DNA of 64,000 nucleotides from the NCBI RefSeq assembly GCF_001194135.2, contig NC_068990.1:56807875-56871874 (forward strand). The letters are read 5' to 3'. The position numbers were made by a program, and so were the translations under genes. The stretch is from Octopus bimaculoides. Taxonomy: Eukaryota. Of the stretch, positions 52,867 to 64,000 are shown piece after piece (the first letter of the stretch is position 1; each line of letters starts with the position of its first letter). The notes beneath the pieces were generated by a model that saw only the letters and a program-made list of their open reading frames with translations, was not told the origin of the DNA and made no database searches.

Positions 52867-54123
52867 TCAGGCTGAGTAAAATATAAGCAATGTTTTGAAA
52901 CATGAAATTCATCACAGTATATTTCAACAATGCAGAAATTTTATTCCTCAAAGTAAGTACCATTACAGTCAACACATTTTGCCGAGTTACAAGCTTGTTT
53001 ATTCCGGTAACATAAAAATCTGGACTTCTGGAGATGATGAACTCTTTGAACGCACTTTCAGCATTGGTTTGATTTTTGAACTCCTTCTCTCACAGGAAGC
53101 CACCAAGGAGCTTGCAAAAGTGGTAGTCGGTAGGAGAAAGGTCTTGAGAATAATCTGGGTGAGGAAGAACTTCGTAGCCAAGTTCCCTCAAATTCTGGAG
53201 TGTCATTAGGGAAATGTGTGGATAAGCATTGTCATGGAGAATGATCGTCCTTCTTCTGTTGATCAGTCTGGGACAGAGGAGTAGCAGTTTTTCATTCATT
53301 TTGGCAATTTCATAGCAATATGTTTCTGCTGTAATGGTTTTTCTGAGTTTTAAAAAGTTATAATGGATGAATCCAGCAGTACACCACCAAACAGTCATCA
53401 TAACCTTCTTTTTGAGGAGCTTGGATTTAGAGAAGGCTTTTGGTGCTTCATTTTGATCCAAACACAATGAAGAACGTTGTTTTATTATTGTACAGAATCT
53501 ACTTTTCATTGCCAGTTGAAATACACTTGAGAAATGGATCAGTCTGGTTAGAAAGAAGAAGCAATGAGCAAATTTCATATCTGTACATTTTCTGATTTTC
53601 ATTCAAATCGTGTGGTACCCATTTGTTGAGCTTTTTTGATTTTCCAATCACATGCAAATGGTTGCAGGCAGTTTTCTGGCTAACTTGAAGATCTTTTGCC
53701 GGTTCTTGAGTGGTTTTATATGGATCTTTCTCAATGACGGTCTTTAATTGACAATGCTCACAATCTTCAAGGCTCAGGTCTCCACTGTGAAATTGTTTAA
53801 ACCGTTTTTGAGCTGACCCATTCACTGGTCATTTCCTCACCAAACATTTTGTTGATATCGTGACCAGTTTCAGCCGTGTTACATCCTTTTTTGAAGTCGA
53901 ATAGCAAAATTGCTCAAATATCACACTTTGAGAGTTCCATTTCAGATGATTGTAACAATAGTAAAAAAAAATCAATGTTCATTTATTGATGCATTTGGGC
54001 AAGTCTATGTCTGTATTGTCAGACAATTGCAAAAAAAATATTTAAAAAGAATTCAAAACTCTGCAAAAATCCAGTACAAATTCTTCATGGGCTAAAACGT
54101 TGCCTACTTTTTACTCAACATGA
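52867..54123 (-). mobile_element. Full-length decayed mariner (DD34D)
   Basis: TIRs TCAGGCTGAGTAAAATATAAGCAATGTTTT vs TCATGTTGAGTAAAAAGTAGGCAACGTTTT, TA flanks at 52865-52866 and 54124-54125. Motifs KWVPHDL, TGNEK, HDNAYPH and HPDYSQDLSPTD with 34-residue D-D spacing; frameshifted. Confidence 0.93.
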
Positions 54124-54548
54124 TATATGTTTATGCCTAAATATTCATTGTCTGAAAATGTTCAGTCTTTGTTTTTCTTTATTTACATGTACACAGGTAT
54201 GTATATTTCGTATAACTAACCCAAGTAGTTTTATTTGTTAATTTGCATCATTATCTCCATAACTGCTCACCTAGATTCCTCATAGCCACTCTTTACTCTG
54301 AGGACTTAGTCGTCGGTAAAGATTCTGGAGTGTAAGTTCAAATCATTTGAGTGCTACTAAGTGTTTTCAATACTGTGCATCTTTGGATCTCATCTGGTGA
54401 CTCTATATACATGCATGTATATACACACATGCACACACACACACCCCTATATATATATATATATATATATATGCACAGACACATGTACACACACACACAC
54501 ACTCCCACGCACACNNNNNNNNNNGTACACACACACACACACTCCCAC

Positions 54549-54590
<42 letters not shown>

Positions 54591-54638
54591 GATGTAAATA
54601 ATCAGAAAATGGAGAAAACCTCAGATTAACAAACACAT

Positions 54639-55419
54639 CGATTGGACCACATTTATAGCCTGTTAATTAATACAAAACATGACATAACAAAGAGGTGACA
54701 TAACATATCTTATGGCTGTTTCTGATCAGTGTGATTCTCGGTAATAATTACTGTGAGTAAATTTTCTTAAGCACCTATGGTAATTGTTTACATTTACTTG
54801 AGTTTACTTCGTTAGCATAGGTACCACCCTTTTGATAATCAAGTTAATATTTTCCTTATATACATTTTCTTGATAACTTCTGTTTTTAACACAATCCACC
54901 CCACCTTTAAATTGCATCCACCTCTTAATAAATAGTAGTATTCCCTAGACTACTACTAGCTCTCTCTTTTACCTACGGACCCCGTAGCCCCTAGATGGTA
55001 AATTATATGCTTTTATCATAATGGGTTTCTACAGGGTGTCCACAAGGTCTGGGTACGTGGAGTAAATAAAATCATAACATAAACAATTAAATATAAGAAA
55101 TAATAACTTCTTAAAGTAAAGTATGTGTTAATCGTCATGTACCCAGACTTTGTGGACACCCTGTAGACTTTTTGTCTAGGCTATGTTTTCTTTCCTTTTC
55201 CTTCTTCCCTTTGTTTATACTATATGGTCTTGTTTTTTACTCTGATGAAGCCCTGTGCCTTAATTCGAATGCCCGATGAAGATGGAGAACATTGTTCTAG
55301 CATTTATTTATACACAGAATTTTAGTAACTGATTGGAAACAGCTGTAAGATATGTTACATCACCTATTTGTCATGTTATGCATTATGTTAATTAATAAGC
55401 TATGAATGTGGTCTAATCA
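54639..55419. mobile_element. Inverted-ended element, probably Penelope-like derived
   Basis: 54639-54732 matches the reverse complement of 55328-55419 (diverged); arms carry GAAACAGCTGTA, and CTGATGAAG lies at 55242. Confidence 0.5.
55032..55163. mobile_element. 132-bp Tc1/mariner-superfamily MITE (CAGGGTG termini)
   Basis: 28-bp TIRs CAGGGTGTCCACAAGGTCTGGGTACGTG vs CAGGGTGTCCACAAAGTCTGGGTACATG; TA at 55030-55031 and 55164-55165. Confidence 0.9.
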
Positions 55420-55516
55420 GCCTTCTGGCTTGCCAGCCCTCAGTCAAACCGTCCAGCCCATGCCATTATGGAAAGCGGACGTTAAACAACAACAACGATG
55501 ATGATGATGATGATGA

Positions 55517-55557
<41 letters not shown>

Positions 55558-56071
55558 TATACGTATATCATCATCATCATCATCGTTTAACGTCTGTTTT
55601 CCATGCTTGCATGGGTTGGACGGTTCAACAGGGGTCTGGGAAGCCAGGAGGCTGCACCAGGCTCCAGTCTGATCTGGCAGTGTCTCTACAGCTGGTTGCC
55701 CTTCCTAATGCCAACCACTCTGAGAGTGTAGTGGGTGCTTTTGTTTTNNNNNNNNNNCTAATGCCAACCACTCTGAGAGTGTAGTGGGTGCTTTTGTTTT
55801 ACATGCCACCGGCACAGGGGCCAGAATGTGCTGGTATCGACTACGATCGGACACTGCTTTTTACATGCCACCGGCATGAAGACCACAACTACAATTTCCA
55901 TTTGATTGTGATTTAATTTGATTTTGATTTTGATTTTGATGTACATGACTTAATATGTCTCCTCAAGCACGGCATGTCGCCCTACAATCCAAGGTACTTT
56001 TTGAGTGGGCTGGTTATGCGACACTGGTGTAGGTTACAGCTGTGAACGCAATTGTTTGTCACAGAAATGTA

Positions 56072-56124
<53 letters not shown>

Positions 56125-57077
56125 GTATTAGCTATCTATTTATCTCGAGACCTCCTTCAGTCATGAATAACCATGGGATTGCACCTACAAAGTTCCCCGT
56201 CAAGGCACAAGTCCGGGGAAGCTTGTTTATGGAAGACCAGCAGTCGCGCATGCATACCAGCCTCTCCTCTCCACGCCATCGATGTTATCCAAGGGAGAGG
56301 CAAAGGATGATACAGCTTGGCACCAGTGACATTGCAACTCATTTCTACAGCAGGGTGAACTGAAGCAACGTGAAATAAAGTGTCTTGCTCAAGAACACAA
56401 CACACAGCCTGGTCTGGGTATTGAACTCTCAACCTCATGATCGTAAGCTTGATGCTCAAACCGCTGAGCCATGCACCTTCATCTATCTATCTATCTCTCT
56501 ATATATATATTTTTATATATGACGTTGACCACTAACGTGGACATTTAATGTGCTAGAAATAGATCACATCTTGTGTCTAAAAAGACCTAAATTNNNNNNN
56601 NNNATAGATCACATCTTGTGTCTAAAAAGACCTAAATTGTTCTCAACATGAAATATAGCGTGATACCAAAACGTAAGCGGGCAAGACATTTAAAATCACT
56701 GAAGAGGAACATTATTTAACAGGTACCGGTTTCAAATTTAACAATCTTACCGACTGTCTATTTCTCTTCAGCCTGATTTGTAATGGAACCATAATCATCA
56801 GAACCCCATACAAAGTTGCCCACCACCATAGGTGCGCATGTATATGGTTCTGCTAATTACAGCTTAATGGTAAAATTCAAAAGTCTTCGTTTTGGCGCGC
56901 TAATTCCAGGAATATGTCTGCAAAGAATNNNNNNNNNNNNNNNNNNNNNNNNNNNNNNNNNNNNNNNNNNNNNNNNNNNNNNNNNNNNNNNNNNNNNNNN
57001 NNNNNNNNNNNNNNNNNNNNNNNNNNNNNNNNNNNNNNNNNNNNNNNNNNNNNNNNNNNNNNNNNNNNNNNNNNNNN

Positions 57078-57122
<45 letters not shown>

Positions 57123-57229
57123 CATATATATATACATATACACATATATACATACATACATATATATATATAAACATATATATTTACATTTACACACATA
57201 TATGCACATATATATATATATATATATAT

Positions 57230-57263
<34 letters not shown>

Positions 57264-58120
57264 TTATGCATACATAAATAAGCATAGATAAATGATTGAA
57301 AATAGAATGAATGACATTATCTAAAATCACTGCAGTTGTTTTGACACATATATACACTTGTAGTACATTGGTGAGATTGTGTGTAATTATTAACATCCAT
57401 CCAAAATGTAAAATGCACCTCCTTGAGGTGATTGTTTAAATAAGTCCTTTGTTAGATCCTCCTGTCATTTCATTCAGCATGAGAATACATACCTAAATAA
57501 ACATATATACATACACATGCACACACTCATACACATATGCACACATACACACACCCATATAAACATACACATACATGCACAGAAACACACAAACAAATAT
57601 ATAGGTTTATAGATGCTTATATAATAATAATGATCCTTTCAAAGGGCGGTAGGCCTGAAATTACATTGACCCCAGTACTCAACTGGTACTTGATTTATCG
57701 ATCCTGAAAGGATGAAAGACAACTTCGAATTTAGTGGAATTTGAACTAAGAATGTAAAGACAGTTGAAATACAGCGAAATATTTTGCCCAGCATGCTAAC
57801 AGTTCTGCCAGCTTGCTACCGTATAACAATAACAATAATAATAATAATAATAATAATATATACACACATAATATATAATAATCTTTTCTACTATAGGTAC
57901 AAGATCTGAATTTTGTGGGGAGGGGGACAGTCGATCACATCAACTCCAGTACTCAGCTGGTATTTAATTTATCAACTCCAAAAGGATGAAAGACAAAGTT
58001 GACCTTAGCAGAATTTGAACTCAGAACATAAAGACAGTTGAAATGCAGTGAAGTACTTTGCCCAGCATGCTAACAATTCTGCTAGCTCACAGCTGTATAA
58101 TAATAATAATAATAATAGTC

Positions 58121-58154
<34 letters not shown>

Positions 58155-58378
58155 TGATAATAATAATCCTTTCTACTGGAAGCACAAGGCATCAAATTTG
58201 GGGGTGGGGACTAGTCGATTACATTTGACCCCAGTGTTTCACTGGTCCTTAATTTATTGACCCCAAAAGGAAGAAAGGCGAAGCTGATCTCAGCTGAATT
58301 TGAACTCAGAATGTAAAGATAGACAAAATTTTGCCCGGAATCCAATGATTCTGCCAGCTCGCTGCCTTATATAATAAC

Positions 58379-58416
<38 letters not shown>

Positions 58417-58452
58417 TATACATATATAATATATAATAATTATTGTATATAA

Positions 58453-58484
<32 letters not shown>

Positions 58485-58867
58485 ATACACACAAACACAC
58501 ATATATATAATGTATATACAGACATTTATAGATAGATATAGATATGTATGTATCAAGGGACACCATGTATATAGATTTTGTATAAATTTAAAATATTTTC
58601 CCAAATTCCAAACACAAGTACTGTTAAGACAGACTTTTCTCACATGGCATATTTCACAAATTAAATGGTGGGATTAGCTATTAGATTCTAAACAAAATAT
58701 TAATGAGAATTTAAAAATTGCAAGAATTTATTTCTGCATGTATGTGTGCGCATGTATGTATGTATGCATGCATGTATGTAGGTATGTATGTATGTATGCA
58801 TGTATGTGTGTATATATATAAATATATATGTTTATATGTATGTATATGTACATATATATGTGTGTGA

Positions 58868-58922
<55 letters not shown>

Positions 58923-59464
58923 CGTGTGTACATGTACATATATGTGTGTGTGTGTGCATATATATATGCTGTATATTTGTATAGATATTATATAGATACA
59001 TAAATACATACATTCATACATGGATATTCATATTGATATAAATATATTTATGTGTATGTGTGAGTTAGTATTTAAATCTATGTATGTTTATGGAGTTAAA
59101 TATCAAGTAAATATATCTATAGACATGAAATGAGTGAAGTATATTATATCTGTGCAGTGTTGAGGGTAATTTTGAGGCTAATATATTATTGCATATGTTC
59201 ATGTTAGTGAATATATAAATATGTACATCTATCTGTATGGATATACATGTATTAATGGCTGTATATTGATATGCTTTTCTTTAATATATAGTGACATAGA
59301 GAGAAATATTGGAGGCAGAAAGATTAATAAATATCTATAAATTAATATGTATATATCTAAATATATGATATATGCACACTTGTTTTTCCATACCAACATT
59401 GGAAAACTAGCAAGCATAAAGAGAGTGATGATGATGCATATATGAATGCATGTATATATATTCC

Positions 59465-59498
<34 letters not shown>

Positions 59499-59686
59499 TG
59501 TATGTGCATGTGTGTGTATGTATGTATGTATGTATGTATGTATGTATGTATGAATGTATGTATGTATATATATGGATATGTATAAACTACATATGTATAT
59601 ATTTCATATTTTGTAGGTGTTTGTGGTTGGAGCTCATATTTGTGTCTGTGCTGATAGGTACATATATATATATATATATATATATA

Positions 59687-60592
59687 NNNNNNNNNNNNNN
59701 NNNNNNNNNNNNNNNNNNNNNNNNNNNNNNNNNNNNNNNNNNNNNNNNNNNNNNNNNNNNNNNNNNNNNNNNNNNNNNNNNNNNNNNNNNNNNNNNNNNN
59801 NNNNNNNNNNNNNNNNNNNNNNNNNNNNNNNNNNNNNNNNNNNNNNNNNNNNNNNNNNNNNNNNNNNNNNNNNNNNNNNNNNNNNNNNNNNNNNNNNNNN
59901 NNNNNNNNNNNNNNNNNNNNNNNNNNNNNNNNNNNNNNNNNNNNNNNNNNNNNNNNNNNNNNNNNNNNNNNNNNNNNNNNNNNNNNNNNNNNNNNNNNNN
60001 NNNNNNNNNNNNNNNNNNNNNNNNNNNNNNNNNNNNNNNNNNNNNNNNNNNNNNNNNNNNNNNNNNNNNNNNNNNNNNNNNNNNNNNNNNNNNNNNNNNN
60101 NNNNNNNNNNNNNNNNNNNNNNNNNNNNNNNNNNNNNNNNNNNNNNNNNNNNNNNNNNNNNNNNNNNNNNNNNNNNNNNNNNNNNNNNNNNNNNNNNNNN
60201 NNNNNNNNNNNNNNNNNNNNNNNNNNNNNNNNNNNNNNNNNNNNNNNNNNNNNNNNNNNNNNNNNNNNNNNNNNNNNNNNNNNNNNNNNNNNNNNNNNNN
60301 NNNNNNNNNNNNNNNNNNNNNNNNNNNNNNNNNNNNNNNNNNNNNNNNNNNNNNNNNNNNNNNNNNNNNNNNNNNNNNNNNNNNNNNNNNNNNNNNNNNN
60401 NNNNNNNNNNNNNNNNNNNNNNNNNNNNNNNNNNNNNNNNNNNNNNNNNNNNNNNNNNNNNNNNNNNNNNNNNNNNNNNNNNNNNNNNNNNNNNNNNNNN
60501 NNNNNNNNNNNNNNNNNNNNNNNNNNNNNNNNNNNNNNNNNNNNNNNNNNNNNNNNNNNNNNNNNNNNNNNNNNNNNNNNNNNNNNNNNNNN
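59687..60592. other. Assembly gap (one of about 16 N-runs), flanked by (TA)n
   Basis: Run of N. Other gaps include 7516-7615, 7960-8308, 9967-10758, 17032-17584, 35472-36019 and 62692-63280; most abut microsatellites. Confidence 0.99.
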
Positions 60593-60649
60593 ATATATAT
60601 ATATATATATATATAGGTATATATATACATACATGTATATATTGCATAT

Positions 60650-60680
<31 letters not shown>

Positions 60681-60812
60681 AAGAGAGAGAGAGAGAGGGG
60701 GAGGGAGGGAGAGACGTATATCTATGCATACATATATATGTGCATAATTATGTCTATGTATATATTTTTTATGTACTTATATATATTATGTGCATATGTA
60801 TAATTGTATGTT

Positions 60813-60843
<31 letters not shown>

Positions 60844-61705
60844 TTATATATATGCACATAATTGTACAATTGTACATATAATCACACATAAAACAATATA
60901 CATAACTATACACACTTGCACAAACACAAATTTCACACACAGACCCACATATACACACACATATATATGAATACATGCTTGTCTGTGTTTGCTTTTACAT
61001 TGGCTAAACTTTTGTACCATGTTATATTGTGTGTCTTTATTGTCAAACACCACCAATGTGAATACAACCATGTATATACACCTATATATATACACCTGCA
61101 GGTAGATCCCTCAATAGCCATAGTGTAATTAATCCAATCAGAAATATATAGCTCATGAGCTTTTATGATTTTTCTCATAGTATCATTTGTGTATGCTTAG
61201 ATATTCCAACTTATGTTTGGTGCACTTTTCAATATAGTACAGTTTTAAAACTTTTACACATGCTATTTATTCCTGGTGTTTTTATATATCAGCTTCTAAA
61301 CAACTCAGATTTTTATTTCTGCAAGGAAATAAAACTAGTACATCATGATATAGCATAATTTCACTTTACGTACAAGTTCTAGGCTAAAAACAAATAAGTA
61401 CTGGAGTCGATTTTTCTTAACTAAAAATTCTTGAAAGTGGTGTCCCAGCATGATCACAGTCTAATGACTGACACAAGTAAGAGATAAAGTATATATACAT
61501 ATATTCTATCCTAATCATGGTTTGTTTGTCAGGAAGATTTTGAAGAATCTTACTGAATACTTTGAATAATACATTACACTAACGAATTTTTTATTACAAT
61601 ATGATTATTATAACTATTATTATAATATTGCTATTAATGTATTATTATTATTTAATAATAATACTACTACTACTACTACTACTACTACTAATAATAATAA
61701 TAATT

Positions 61706-61738
<33 letters not shown>

Positions 61739-62627
61739 TTATCATTATTATAGTACTGTCATTGCAAAGTACTAAGGAATTATTATTTGTGCTCTATAAC
61801 AGTTTGCACTAATTTGGAAGACTTTATAATAATATCAAATATGTGGTATTTGCATTGAATTTGATAAAGTAATAACTGAATGAGGCACTTCTGAAAGTTT
61901 ACTTTATTACAAAATAGTACTATAATACAAGACTTTTTGTATTTTTGAACCAAAGTAACACATTTGAATAGACTATGAGTGGTTGTATTTGCAGGTTTTC
62001 ACATTAGAATTGATAGTAGTCAGTACAGCAGGTACTGACAGGTCTGTGTGCATAGGTTGTTTCTCTTAAAGGCACTAAGCCTGCCTTTATAACTATTGCT
62101 AGTAACTAAAGTAATATGTGTGAAGCTGACTGTATGCTAGTGTGATTGTGATGTACTACAACCACTGTAAGTTGCATGCCGCTGTCATGATGACACATAC
62201 CAACATCATGACATGACTAAGAGATAAAAGCTGGTCAGGAAAAAGAAATATCATTTAGCTAGTGCATTTGTATTCTGAAGAGTAGAGAATGAAACAACCA
62301 ATATGCAAAGTATGTAGAGTTGGTGTAGAGTAGTAGTGAAGGTGGTGGTGTGGTGGATGAGCAGAGTTTTACTGCAAAACTTTCAAAGAAACAATGTTCC
62401 TGAGCTCATCATGGCAGAACTAATGTAAACTATGTAGTAGTTTAATTAGAATTTGCCTCCAACTAATTTGTATCCATTTTCTAAATGCCACTGTAGATTT
62501 TTCATCACAAGCAACTTCAAGCATCACACCTGTCTAATTAACATAATTGATTGGTAAGATAATTTTCATGCAAAAATAATTGAGGTGTACAGTGTATGGT
62601 GTATGGTGTAGGGAATGATTGACATTG

Positions 62628-62673
<46 letters not shown>

Positions 62674-63279
62674 TATATATATGCATATATANNNNNNNNN
62701 NNNNNNNNNNNNNNNNNNNNNNNNNNNNNNNNNNNNNNNNNNNNNNNNNNNNNNNNNNNNNNNNNNNNNNNNNNNNNNNNNNNNNNNNNNNNNNNNNNNN
62801 NNNNNNNNNNNNNNNNNNNNNNNNNNNNNNNNNNNNNNNNNNNNNNNNNNNNNNNNNNNNNNNNNNNNNNNNNNNNNNNNNNNNNNNNNNNNNNNNNNNN
62901 NNNNNNNNNNNNNNNNNNNNNNNNNNNNNNNNNNNNNNNNNNNNNNNNNNNNNNNNNNNNNNNNNNNNNNNNNNNNNNNNNNNNNNNNNNNNNNNNNNNN
63001 NNNNNNNNNNNNNNNNNNNNNNNNNNNNNNNNNNNNNNNNNNNNNNNNNNNNNNNNNNNNNNNNNNNNNNNNNNNNNNNNNNNNNNNNNNNNNNNNNNNN
63101 NNNNNNNNNNNNNNNNNNNNNNNNNNNNNNNNNNNNNNNNNNNNNNNNNNNNNNNNNNNNNNNNNNNNNNNNNNNNNNNNNNNNNNNNNNNNNNNNNNNN
63201 NNNNNNNNNNNNNNNNNNNNNNNNNNNNNNNNNNNNNNNNNNNNNNNNNNNNNNNNNNNNNNNNNNNNNNNNNNNNNNN

Positions 63280-63311
<32 letters not shown>

Positions 63312-63922
63312 TACATACACATATAAATATATAATGTATGTATCTATATATATATGTTTATATATATATATATTTATACAGGCACACACATACACATACA
63401 CAAACACATATTTGGATATATATATATACATAAACATATATATATGTGTATGTGTGTATATATATATGAATTGACATGCATATGCACACATGCATAAATA
63501 TACAACACCAGCTCTCAAATAATTCTTCATATATGCATTGTTATATATAAGATGTAATTTGTAAATGTATATGATTAAATCTTATTATTTCCTTACGTAC
63601 CAAAAATATTATTCTGTTGGAAATATCCTTTCACCTTCCTTGTAATTCCCAAATAAAACTAATTTTTTAAATATTTTCCTTCATTAACTACATCCCTATC
63701 TGAACTGATGAATATGTAATATATGATAAACCACATGAAATAAATGTAAACAATTTATATTATAAAAAAGAAGTAGACTATGAATAAAAATAATAAAGTA
63801 AATAAGATCATTATACAAAGTAGGTAAGAATGTAAATAAAAGAATTTATGTAATATGTTATATTGTACATGGATAACTATACATACAAACAAATAAACAT
63901 ACATACATACGTACATAAATAC

Positions 63923-64000
<78 letters not shown>

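Overview
Eukaryotic, strongly AT-rich, repeat-saturated draft-assembly DNA with about 16 N-gaps and abundant (TA)n/(TG)n/(AAT)n/(CAT)n microsatellites. The SINE families and overall texture point to an octopod cephalopod (Octopus sp.); this is an inference. There are no prokaryotic features, CRISPR arrays, rRNA or true tRNA genes. Nearly all ORF-track entries are microsatellite or gap artefacts. What can be supported: (1) several high-copy tRNA-headed SINE families; (2) decayed Tc1 (DD34E) and mariner (DD34D) elements with both TIRs and TA target duplications; (3) mariner- and piggyBac-type MITEs and a Helentron/DINE-like non-autonomous element; (4) 3' fragments of CR1/L2-group, RTE and R4/Dong LINEs; (5) Penelope-like (PLE) remnants; (6) a family of ~175-bp solo LTRs; (7) one plausible host coding exon (28.0-28.2 kb, minus strand) from an unidentified gene. 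The two most interesting signals are a palindromic head-to-head tRNA-SINE dimer that inserted as one unit (12-bp TSD) and carries a foldable minimal hammerhead-ribozyme motif in its arms (25.5-26.15 kb), and a near-perfect ~115-bp-stem hairpin at 23.63-23.89 kb.
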